Position numbers and translations under genes: made by a program. The notes below the pieces were generated by a model. The model ran no database searches and had not been told where the DNA came from. It saw nothing but the letters and a program-made list of their open reading frames with translations. Below, one piece after another: positions 54,213 through 62,268 of a stretch of DNA of 64,000 bases (position 1 is its first letter; each line of letters starts with the position of its first letter). Source of the DNA: a virus; IMG/VR virus record IMGVR_UViG_3300008108_000067, positions 26,890-90,889 of that record, one strand, 5' to 3'.

Positions 54213-55058
54213 TTATACCACAGCTCTACCTTTATCTTGTTCCCAATCACGTTCTGGTCTTACTTCAATGTTCTTTTCCCATACCGCTTTCAGTAGCGGT
54301 GCAGAATGACCATTTTGTTCACTATATCGAATCAGTGCATTTAAGTCTTTTGGAAAACACGTTCCACCGAATCCAAAACGCCCATCGTGTCCAGGTACTT
54401 GCCAATGACTTGTACCCAATCGTGGATCTAAACTTAATATTTTTTTAATGTGATCATATTTAATGTCAACTTTTTGACATATTTGGTAAATTTCATTAAG
54501 AAATGCGACTTTCGTAGATAACATTGTATTTGCCACATACTTAATCATTTCCGCTTCTTTTGCTTTTGATATCCATACTTGTGACTGCGGAAATCTTTCG
54601 TAATATAATGTTGATACTGGCTTTATGTCTAATCCAGTGTCTCTTTCGGAATATCCTAATGTAATATTAATCTGTGATACGAAGTCGTTGATATAATTTC
54701 GTTCTGTTAAAAATTCTGGATTGAAACATACCGTGATATTTGGAAATTCTTCTGCCAGTTTATCGGTTGTTCCTGGTTCTACCGTAGATTTTAGTACGCA
54801 TATTGGTTTGTGACCAACCTCTACGCTTGCAATATCTCGAAATACGTTACGAACAATATCAATATTACAGGTACCATCGCTATTCATAGGTGTAGGAACA
54901 CAAATAAAAATTATTTGTGCTTTGGTAACTACATCTTGTATAGAACTTTCTGTACAGTTCTTATTGATGTCGTATGTAACTACTTTATTTATGGATTTGA
55001 AACCTTCGTTTACTGCCGTACCTACATAACCAAGTCCTATAACACCTATGGTATTCAT
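54213..55058 (-). CDS. UDP-glucose/GDP-mannose dehydrogenase family (short, no C-terminal domain)
   Basis: GLGYVG, CVPTP, KSTVEPGT, NPEFL, GFGGTCFPKD. Confidence 0.92.
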   Translation of the reverse strand: MNTIGVIGLGYVGTAVNEGFKSINKVVTYDINKNCTESSIQDVVTKAQIIFICVPTPMNSDGTCNIDIVRNVFRDIASVEVGHKPICVLKSTVEPGTTDKLAEEFPNITVCFNPEFLTERNYINDFVSQINITLGYSERDTGLDIKPVSTLYYERFPQSQVWISKAKEAEMIKYVANTMLSTKVAFLNEIYQICQKVDIKYDHIKKILSLDPRLGTSHWQVPGHDGRFGFGGTCFPKDLNALIRYSEQNGHSAPLLKAVWEKNIEVRPERDWEQDKGRAVV

Positions 55059-56191
55059 GTTGCCCTCGTAATTGGACCTATATTAGATCTTTTACTATAC
55101 CAACCATCATTTGTTGATATATCGTGAATTTGTTTAAATGCCGCATCGTACTTGTGTGCCAACTTGTACATATCATAATTTTCAACTGCAAAATTTCTAA
55201 CATATTCTCTGGAAATTTCACCGTTTTCTATACGTTCCAGTCCAGCTAAATAATCTCCCAACGTTCTACACTGAAATCCTGTTTTACCGTGTTCAATTGT
55301 TTCTGTAAAACTTCCATATGACGAACCAAGAACAGGAGTACCACACAATTCTGCTTCTACGGTTACTCCACCAAATGGTTCAACATAACGAGTTGGCATA
55401 AATACAGCCATTGCATTACCTAAAAATTCAGAACGAGATTTACCGTGAATTGGTGGAACATATGTTATATTTGGAGCAACTAAATATGGAGTTGGATCTC
55501 CTTGACCACAAATTTTAAATTCCAAGTCTGGTCGTTTTAGTGCTATTTCTTTTACTATATGCACACCTTTTATATCGGATAATCTGCCAAAATATGCAAC
55601 ATATTTTTCTGGATTTGGATTGAAGTCCCAATCATCCACTTTAAAGTAATTTGCTATTACCCAATTGTAATCATGTCCACTCTTACCTTCTCTACCAATT
55701 TCATAATGGTACCATGCATTACTCTCAAAAATACGGAAACTTTGATATGAATTGGGATAACCAATTCCAGTTTCTACTTTTGGATTAGTAAAATCAGAGA
55801 TTGCCGATTCGTGTGCATATCCGAAAGGTAAGCAAATAATATCGTGTGTGTCAAGGTTTCGTGCAAGTTGAATTTTCAATCGTTCATTAAATATTCTGTA
55901 AAGTTCATTTCCGGTATTTGCCAAATCACCAATAAAATCTGTCGGCATAACGTCCCGATTTCCATACAATTCTTTAAATAATTTTGTACGAATACCGGTC
56001 CATTCGTCAAATGACATTAGATTGACATCATACACCGCACCACTGTGTGCACCCTCAACACCGTAATGTATAACGTCATATCCAACCGATTGCATCATTG
56101 GAGCAAAACGTTTTACCTTACCAGTAAAGGCACAGTGACTAAATTCATATGTTGTTTGGGTATGTGGAATACCTAGTAAATGTAACCGCAT
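55055..56191 (-). CDS. Glycosyltransferase family 4 (GT-B)
   Basis: YFGRLSDIKG; EPFGGVTVEA (EX7E). Confidence 0.9.
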   Translation of the reverse strand: MRLHLLGIPHTQTTYEFSHCAFTGKVKRFAPMMQSVGYDVIHYGVEGAHSGAVYDVNLMSFDEWTGIRTKLFKELYGNRDVMPTDFIGDLANTGNELYRIFNERLKIQLARNLDTHDIICLPFGYAHESAISDFTNPKVETGIGYPNSYQSFRIFESNAWYHYEIGREGKSGHDYNWVIANYFKVDDWDFNPNPEKYVAYFGRLSDIKGVHIVKEIALKRPDLEFKICGQGDPTPYLVAPNITYVPPIHGKSRSEFLGNAMAVFMPTRYVEPFGGVTVEAELCGTPVLGSSYGSFTETIEHGKTGFQCRTLGDYLAGLERIENGEISREYVRNFAVENYDMYKLAHKYDAAFKQIHDISTNDGWYSKRSNIGPITRAT

Positions 56192-56196
56192 AAAAA

Positions 56197-56352
56197 TTAG
56201 AATTTAATTTCTAAACGAGTTAACTGGTCTTTTAATGCTTCCACATATTTTTGTGGGGAATCTGGTAGTTGCGCTTCTAGTATTAACGCTTCAATTTCTT
56301 CTACCGACAATTTTGTAATAAACTGTTCATTTGGATGAATCTTTGATGCCAT
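56197..56352 (-). CDS. 51-aa hypothetical protein MASKIHPNEQFITKLSVEEIEAL...
   Basis: Manual translation; AAGGAG SD. Confidence 0.6.
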   Translation of the reverse strand: MASKIHPNEQFITKLSVEEIEALILEAQLPDSPQKYVEALKDQLTRLEIKF

Positions 56353-56413
56353 AACCTAACTCCTTGTGAATAACCGTACTCATATAAGTACAAACTTCAA
56401 TGTACCAAAAAAC

Positions 56414-56444
56414 AAAAATGGGAGAGTTTTTCACTCTCCCATTT
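56414..56444 (-). terminator. Intrinsic terminator
   Basis: AAATGGGAGAG-loop-CTCTCCCATTT followed by a T-rich tail. Confidence 0.85.
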
Positions 56445-56453
56445 AAGTTCTAC

Positions 56454-56681
56454 TTAGAGCGTTTGCGTATTACGCGAGCGTCCAAGCGGAGATGTAACGA
56501 CCCTTAGCCTGCGGCGGGTAAGATAGGTGTGAACGTCATCCGCCGTTACAACGCCATCCGTGCGACGGCTGGCCAGACTACGGAGGTACGAAGAAATGCG
56601 ACGGGTCGTAGCCTCACGCTCCTGCGTGTTGTAGGTCTTGACCGTGAAACGGGTGTTGCGATTGCGATTTGCCATAAACAT
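56454..56681 (-). CDS. Small basic GC-rich putative early protein, probably frameshifted near the 3' end
   Basis: GAGG SD; own promoter and terminator; an alternative frame gives PQAKGRYISAWTLA*. Confidence 0.6.
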   Translation of the reverse strand: MFMANRNRNTRFTVKTYNTQEREATTRRISSYLRSLASRRTDGVVTADDVHTYLTRRRLRVVTSPLGRSRNTQTL

Positions 56682-56788
56682 AACCTCTTTATAAAAAGTT
56701 TGATGCTATGAGATATCCGATATTTGTACGAGCGTCACCACATTGGCGGGTGGGCTTCGGAACTGTCTCGTTCAGTACCAACACATTT

Positions 56789-56817
56789 AATATATGTCGT
56801 AGTGTTTACTTTGTCAA
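56789..56817 (-). promoter_or_regulatory. Sigma70-type promoter TTGACA-N17-TATATT
   Basis: Consensus -35 and 17-nt spacer. Confidence 0.8.
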
Positions 56818-56853
56818 TACCCCTAAAAAATCTGGACAATTACTAAATTAGAT

Positions 56854-57120
56854 TTATTTATTAGAAGTTAAAATTGGTGTATTGAAATCAAAGCTTTCGT
56901 CCAAAACAAATACTTTCTGATTGATAGCGGCGCTGATATTGTTAAGAATTGCAACGACATCAGTACTTTCGATATCACCATACCACAACTTACCAAACTC
57001 ACGAGTTGCGATTGATACATTGTGTAACGCATGCTTGCTGAACGAAACGTTACCTACCTTTCCACATAGCTTCGAAGCTACGTCAACTGCTGGTTGTACA
57101 TCTTCTGCTTGCCAGAACAT
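56854..57120 (-). CDS. Hypothetical protein
   Basis: 88-aa ORF with GAGG SD. Confidence 0.65.
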   Translation of the reverse strand: MFWQAEDVQPAVDVASKLCGKVGNVSFSKHALHNVSIATREFGKLWYGDIESTDVVAILNNISAAINQKVFVLDESFDFNTPILTSNK

Positions 57121-57127
57121 AATTGCC

Positions 57128-57490
57128 TCATGATTGAGGTTCTTGATTCGTCACCTGTGGTGACACGGATTCCATCATTTCATTATACTGAATAGTATAA
57201 CACGTTGTACATAAACAGGGTGATTGTGGTATATTCTTTCTTCTGATACCATTTAAACCACATTCTTGACACACCTTTGCCGATTCCCTTTCTATCTTGT
57301 ACGAGATACAATCTAACACATACTCTTGGTCTTTGTCAAGTACTGGCGTAAATATAACATTTAGCATAGAATGGCGTATACTAATATTATCTATATTAGC
57401 AAATGATAATTTACTAGCTATAGCGTACGCTTTCTCTATTAACGTATGCCATCCTGGCTTTGTTATTGCTTTAGCTTGATCTATTTTCAT
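57128..57490 (-). CDS. Hypothetical zinc-finger protein
   Basis: PGWHTLI...ERESAKVCQECG...LCTTC. Confidence 0.7.
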   Translation of the reverse strand: MKIDQAKAITKPGWHTLIEKAYAIASKLSFANIDNISIRHSMLNVIFTPVLDKDQEYVLDCISYKIERESAKVCQECGLNGIRRKNIPQSPCLCTTCYTIQYNEMMESVSPQVTNQEPQS

Positions 57491-57651
57491 ATTTTGTTTT
57501 TTCTTTTCTTTTCTTTTTGCTTCTTTTTCTTTTCTTTTATAGGCTTATGTCTTGGGCATGACAAAGCCCCTAAAAACTTAGTATATAGTTTTTAAATTAT
57601 TTTGATTTACCGCACGTGCACGTACGGGTTGTGTTTTATATGTAGTGACTG

Positions 57652-57822
57652 TTAGCCGGTAAACGGCAACTTTTTCATTTCACGAAAAATTTCGTCGGCA
57701 GAAGCTCTAGAAATTTCTGTATCATGTTGTTCCTGTTCAAATTTAATTTTCTTTGACTTCTGAGGAACTTTTCCACTTAATTTCTTTACTAACTGAGCAA
57801 TTTGCTTATCTGACGGTATCAT
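57652..57822 (-). CDS. 56-aa hypothetical protein MIPSDKQIAQLVKKLSGK...
   Basis: Manual translation; GAGGT SD. Confidence 0.6.
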   Translation of the reverse strand: MIPSDKQIAQLVKKLSGKVPQKSKKIKFEQEQHDTEISRASADEIFREMKKLPFTG

Positions 57823-57831
57823 TTGACCTCT

Positions 57832-58272
57832 TTATTTCCAGGGTTCTTTGTTTTCATTATCATCTTCTTCATCATCATCCGAATTATCTTCAAACAACTG
57901 CCGAAGTTCTTCAACATCTTTTTCTGTCATTTTACTATATGTAGGATCATTTTTCATCTTTTCGATAAGTCCTTCGAACGACGGGGATGAATGCCTACCA
58001 TCTTCTGTTTTGAACACTTGAAGCATCGAGCGTGGGTGCATGTTTTGACTGTCAAATTCCTTTGTTGCTGCTCCCAATGCATCTACGAAGTTCTCAGATG
58101 CTTCCATTGTAGCCTGTGTCATCTGTTGTATTTTATTAATTTCTATATACGTGGTTTTTGCTATCGTAAGTATTTCCGTTACAGTAGCTACCATCTTTGA
58201 TACTAATATAACTAATACAATTGTACCAACAAGAAATCCACCTGCTAACAAACCTAATATAAAATTTTCCAC
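57832..58272 (-). CDS. Single-pass membrane protein with an acidic tail
   Basis: N-terminal TM segment; GAGGT SD. Confidence 0.7.
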   Translation of the reverse strand: MENFILGLLAGGFLVGTIVLVILVSKMVATVTEILTIAKTTYIEINKIQQMTQATMEASENFVDALGAATKEFDSQNMHPRSMLQVFKTEDGRHSSPSFEGLIEKMKNDPTYSKMTEKDVEELRQLFEDNSDDDEEDDNENKEPWK

Positions 58273-58286
58273 TCTAACCTCACTTG

Positions 58287-58604
58287 TTATCCTATACCAA
58301 ACCCTGTTTGATTACGAAATACGATTGGCATCTCGCATGGTTCAAACTCGTCTATAACTGAGTTGTATTTATACCACAATTTCATACTATTCGTTTCTAT
58401 ATTAGGTCGAATAATATTAACCATGCTTTTTTCGATTACTGCGTACTGATATGTAGAACCATCTGCTAAATCACGAAGATTATTTTTAACTGCGTAGATA
58501 GCATCTTCAAGTTCCGTACATATCAACGGTGTTCTTCTTATTCCCAATGGAATGAGATTTCTAATATCAATTACCGTAACGGTATATACTGTATTAGAAA
58601 TCAT
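58287..58604 (-). CDS. Hypothetical protein
   Basis: ORF overlapping the upstream stop; start uncertain. Confidence 0.6.
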   Translation of the reverse strand: MISNTVYTVTVIDIRNLIPLGIRRTPLICTELEDAIYAVKNNLRDLADGSTYQYAVIEKSMVNIIRPNIETNSMKLWYKYNSVIDEFEPCEMPIVFRNQTGFGIG

Positions 58605-58923
58605 CGTGCGAAAACTCACCTGAGTCCGATTCGTATTTACGTAGACGAGTTTTTAACACACTAACTTCAAATAATAATTCGTTTGTGGTTTCTACTTGAC
58701 TGTAATACTTTTCACGCCACTCATCTACTTCTTCACGAAGAGATGCGATTTCTTCTTTCACCGCGTCTAATTCTTCACGTAATTCTCTTCGAAGTACTGC
58801 ATGTTCATCAACTACGGTTTTACTCAACCATAGTTTTTCAATGAGTTTTAGGAATACACCACCAATTATGGCAGCCCCACCTGCGGTAGCCGCTTCGGTT
58901 GAAAATATATTCAATTCTGGCAT
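58594..58923 (-). CDS. TM plus coiled-coil protein (holin-associated-like)
   Basis: AGGAAIIGGVFL TM segment; LREEVDEWREKYY coiled coil. Confidence 0.6.
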   Translation of the reverse strand: MPELNIFSTEAATAGGAAIIGGVFLKLIEKLWLSKTVVDEHAVLRRELREELDAVKEEIASLREEVDEWREKYYSQVETTNELLFEVSVLKTRLRKYESDSGEFSHDDF

Positions 58924-59153
58924 TATTTAGTTATGTTAAATTTAACCAGAACCTTTTTCATAAGTAATCGAAACTGTGTCAACCTTGTTAAGCTAAATAA
59001 AACACCGGCGCCTAAAGCATTTAGTACATCGTGCCAGTGAATACGTCCATGCATTAGTATTCCCACTAACACACCAAATACAAATACCATAGTGCATAAC
59101 ATGTTTACTTCTGTGTTGTTTCTCATGACATATGAAATTATTAGTATACACAA
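58923..59153 (-). CDS. Small two-TM membrane protein
   Basis: Two hydrophobic segments; start uncertain. Confidence 0.5.
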   Translation of the reverse strand: MCILIISYVMRNNTEVNMLCTMVFVFGVLVGILMHGRIHWHDVLNALGAGVLFSLTRLTQFRLLMKKVLVKFNITK

Positions 59154-59173
59154 CCAATTATAAATATATCAAT

Positions 59174-59377
59174 TTATTTTATCAATTCCAAATCTTTTGC
59201 TGGTGCTGAAAATCTAACATATTTATCAAATTCCATCGCTACCCAAACACGAGGTTCACTGTCAATCAGCTCATCAATGTGAGGGCTGGATAGTAATATA
59301 ACGTTATACCCAGAAGTTTTTAATCTAGCGGTTGCACCGGTGATTAATCCCGACTGTTCATATGAGAGTGAATTCAT
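59174..59377 (-). CDS. Hypothetical protein
   Basis: 67-aa ORF with GAGG SD. Confidence 0.6.
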   Translation of the reverse strand: MNSLSYEQSGLITGATARLKTSGYNVILLSSPHIDELIDSEPRVWVAMEFDKYVRFSAPAKDLELIK

Positions 59378-59387
59378 AAATTCAACC

Positions 59388-59648
59388 TCACTTCAAACTA
59401 TCTAGTACGTACGAATTGCAGAGTGGTTCAACCTTCATAACAATTAATGTATCACGAGAGGAACGTGCGATACTCAACAACGAAGGGCACGACACCCGTG
59501 TCCATTCGTCTTGTTGTGCCTGCTGATCTTTATCAGAGGTGTACCCAAAATACAGCAGTGAACAAATACATGCAACAGTGAATGCCCAAAATCTTACATT
59601 AGACCAATTAATCTTCCTCGTCGTCGTATTCTCGTTCGTCATCATCAT
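59388..59648 (-). CDS. Single-pass membrane protein
   Basis: TM segment FWAFTVACICSLLYFGY; start moved to ATG 59648. Confidence 0.6.
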   Translation of the reverse strand: MMMTNENTTTRKINWSNVRFWAFTVACICSLLYFGYTSDKDQQAQQDEWTRVSCPSLLSIARSSRDTLIVMKVEPLCNSYVLDSLK

Positions 59649-59823
59649 AACCCTCTTCAAAAAGTTCAGTGTCATCTGCCAAAACTTCGGCGCCAATAAT
59701 ACCATCTTCTGTAATAAAAGATGAGCTGTCCAACGCTTCTTCTACATAAGTTACGGCGTCCAATGCATCCTCACCATAACAGACAATATTTACAGGAACA
59801 ACAAACTTCTGCATCTTCTTCAT
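59608..59823 (-). CDS. Small acidic hypothetical protein
   Basis: 71-aa ORF with GAGGT SD. Confidence 0.65.
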   Translation of the reverse strand: MKKMQKFVVPVNIVCYGEDALDAVTYVEEALDSSSFITEDGIIGAEVLADDTELFEEGYDDDEREYDDEED

Positions 59824-59873
59824 ATTTAATACCTCATTACAATTTTGTCAAGCTACTATTATTTAAATAGTGA

Positions 59874-60920
59874 TTAAATTCCGTTAGGTGTCATTGACCA
59901 TGTAATATCTTCTACATCAGTTTCATTCAATATAATTGAATTAACGTCTTTTTGAAAATCGTTTAAATTATCCAACTCAAATAATGTTTTCTTATAAACA
60001 TATTTAAAAACACCAACCTGTGCCAACACATCTGCTTTGTTAATGATTAAATCTGTAACGCCGTTGATGTTCGTTGCTTGAATTACACCATCCAAATCCA
60101 ACCATCTAATTTTTCTCTTACGTCCCGTGGTTGCGCCAAACTCACCACCAATCTCTTGAATCTTTTGTAAAATAGAATCATTTTCATCTTGAAAGGTAGT
60201 TTTAAATCCTGAATAGGTTTCATACGCTTTCATTATACCAAAAATGTGTCTAAGTTTTTTTGGTGGAATACCATTTAAACAAGCTGCGCCTACGGTGCAA
60301 TGGGACGATGTTACGTATGGGTAATCTCCCCAATCAATATCAATTTGAAATCCTTGTGCACCCTCACACAAAATTCGTAATGGGGTAGAATTTACATGTA
60401 AAAAGTTGTACAATGGGGTAGAATTTACATGTAAAAAGTTGTACAAATCAATAATTTCATATGGTAAATCCGTACTGTTATATTTGACTAATTCGGAAAT
60501 CCGGGTACCAGTACGGGCATACTTATCACGATATGTTGGTCCAATACCTTGTCTAGTAGTTCCAATCTTGGTATCTGTACCATCTTCTTCGATGTGTTTA
60601 TTGGTGGTAACGTGTACACGTTTATCTATATAAACTTTACCGGTAAATCCCAAACTCCGCAACATATCTAGTTCTTCATATAGTTTCTGTATGTTTACGA
60701 CACAACCAGGACCAATGATACTAGGAATTCCATATAAAATTCCAATCGGAACTTGGTGCGTAACAACTTTCTGACCATTGTGATAAACGGTATGTCCTGC
60801 GTTTGCTCCACCATTGTATCGCAAAACAACATCATAATTTTTTGCAAGATGATGTGCAACTTTACCCTTACCCGTGTCACCTGCTTGTAAATCTACAATT
60901 ACGTCTGCGTAACCAATCAT
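59874..60920 (-). CDS. purA: Adenylosuccinate synthetase
   Basis: GDTGKGK, GGANAGHT, GTTRQGIGPTY, EGAQG, YPYVTSS, EFGATTGRKR. Confidence 0.93.
   Translation of the reverse strand: MIGYADVIVDLQAGDTGKGKVAHHLAKNYDVVLRYNGGANAGHTVYHNGQKVVTHQVPIGILYGIPSIIGPGCVVNIQKLYEELDMLRSLGFTGKVYIDKRVHVTTNKHIEEDGTDTKIGTTRQGIGPTYRDKYARTGTRISELVKYNSTDLPYEIIDLYNFLHVNSTPLYNFLHVNSTPLRILCEGAQGFQIDIDWGDYPYVTSSHCTVGAACLNGIPPKKLRHIFGIMKAYETYSGFKTTFQDENDSILQKIQEIGGEFGATTGRKRKIRWLDLDGVIQATNINGVTDLIINKADVLAQVGVFKYVYKKTLFELDNLNDFQKDVNSIILNETDVEDITWSMTPNGI
60379..60444. repeat. Perfect 33-bp in-frame tandem duplication in purA
   Basis: aatggggtagaatttacatgtaaaaagttgtac twice (LYNFLHVNSTP x2). Confidence 0.97.
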
Positions 60921-60934
60921 ATTTATATCCTCAT

Positions 60935-61435
60935 TTAAATACTATCAAATTTTATTTTTTCAATAACAAAAGTATCACCTGGATCTGTTTTACGACCCCA
61001 CGGGAACGCAACTTCTGAATGTGTCAAAATATTTTTTTCTTTTGCGTCTGGGTATCGTTTGTATAAACTTGACAACAGTACACCCAAACTTTTATACTGC
61101 TCTTCACTGTACGGGGTTCCGTTTTTTCCCTGCAAACAAATTCCAATACTAAAACTATTCCACATAGTAAATCCGTTGTGTAAGGAAATCCCAGCATGCT
61201 TTGCTGTATATTTTGGATTCACAAACTCATATATCTTACCATTTTTTGATATGAAATAATGATAAGATAACTTACGTTTACGGAGAACTTTATGAGTGGT
61301 GGCAGCATTAGAGTTAGCCCCATCGTTATGTATAATAACATAATTTTTGGTGCTATCTCTTATATTACCTTTTGGTAGTGGCATTTTTATCAATTGCAAT
61401 TGGAACAGCGTTGCAATCGTTAATAATTTTAGCAT
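60935..61435 (-). CDS. N-acetylmuramoyl-L-alanine amidase (Amidase_2)
   Basis: VIIHND, SYHYFI, AKHAG, NSFSIGI, THSEVA, KTDPG. Confidence 0.9.
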   Translation of the reverse strand: MLKLLTIATLFQLQLIKMPLPKGNIRDSTKNYVIIHNDGANSNAATTHKVLRKRKLSYHYFISKNGKIYEFVNPKYTAKHAGISLHNGFTMWNSFSIGICLQGKNGTPYSEEQYKSLGVLLSSLYKRYPDAKEKNILTHSEVAFPWGRKTDPGDTFVIEKIKFDSI

Positions 61436-61500
61436 ATAACCTCCAATTCATAAAATAATATGGAGATTAACAAAAGTCAACCCCTAGGATGATTACGTAT

Positions 61501-62268
61501 TCAACTACACATTATGGGGAACTTTTCTGCGAGAGCAAGATAATTTCGATATAAATCGGAACTGTGGTCCTGAGTATCTTGCCATAACATACGAAACACA
61601 CCGCGACTCTTAATCACACGCATAATTCGATATCCCAGTGATGCTTTTTCATAGAAGGGCGTGACATATCCTTCGGAGTCAATATGATGCATTGTACCAC
61701 AGTGGTAGAACCACGGAGCAAAGGGAATCTTCGTGACAATATCACCATCATTTACCCACCGATGATGTGGGAAGGGTAGTGTATTGAAGTAATTAATGAA
61801 TGTACGATTTCCCACACGAGGACTACCATAGGTGAATAATCCTGCTGGGGTTGGAAGTGTATCATCCGTGGCAAACCGATAGGCCATAATAGTAGCCATT
61901 GCTGCACCTAAGCTATGTCCTGTAAACCAAACTTTTTTCTGTGTATGTTGTGCTTGTAATATGATGGGCTTCCAAACTTTATCAACATAATGGTTGAAGC
62001 CAATATGCAGTTTACCATGCTTCACGGTGGTTTTAGAAATACTTAAATCAGCTTTTATATCGGAGAATTGTTTTACTTCTGTACCACGGCATGCAATAAT
62101 GAAATTGTTATCATCTTCCAATGTGAAAGCGTCGGCACCTTTATGTCCGTAATACACTACTTTAAAACCTTCAAAGTTCACACGCATAAATGCCAAATCT
62201 TTATATACGCAATTACTAAGGTTTGCAAAAAATGCACTTTGTTCTATTAATGTTTTTTCAGAAATCAT
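61501..62268 (-). CDS. Lipase class 3
   Basis: CRGTE, HIGF, TGHSLGAA, TYGSPRVG, DIVTKIP. Confidence 0.92.
   Translation of the reverse strand: MISEKTLIEQSAFFANLSNCVYKDLAFMRVNFEGFKVVYYGHKGADAFTLEDDNNFIIACRGTEVKQFSDIKADLSISKTTVKHGKLHIGFNHYVDKVWKPIILQAQHTQKKVWFTGHSLGAAMATIMAYRFATDDTLPTPAGLFTYGSPRVGNRTFINYFNTLPFPHHRWVNDGDIVTKIPFAPWFYHCGTMHHIDSEGYVTPFYEKASLGYRIMRVIKSRGVFRMLWQDTQDHSSDLYRNYLALAEKFPIMCS

Noticed and set aside
59823-59851. Sigma70 promoter at TTGACA 59851-59846
   Set aside because: The -10 position gives TAAATA and overlaps the start codon, so the match is weak
59874-60920. PurZ (2-aminoadenine DNA) instead of PurA
   Set aside because: The catalytic Asp of the GDxGKG loop is retained (GDTGKGK), whereas PurZ typically has Ser; no clear DatZ/MazZ partners are adjacent
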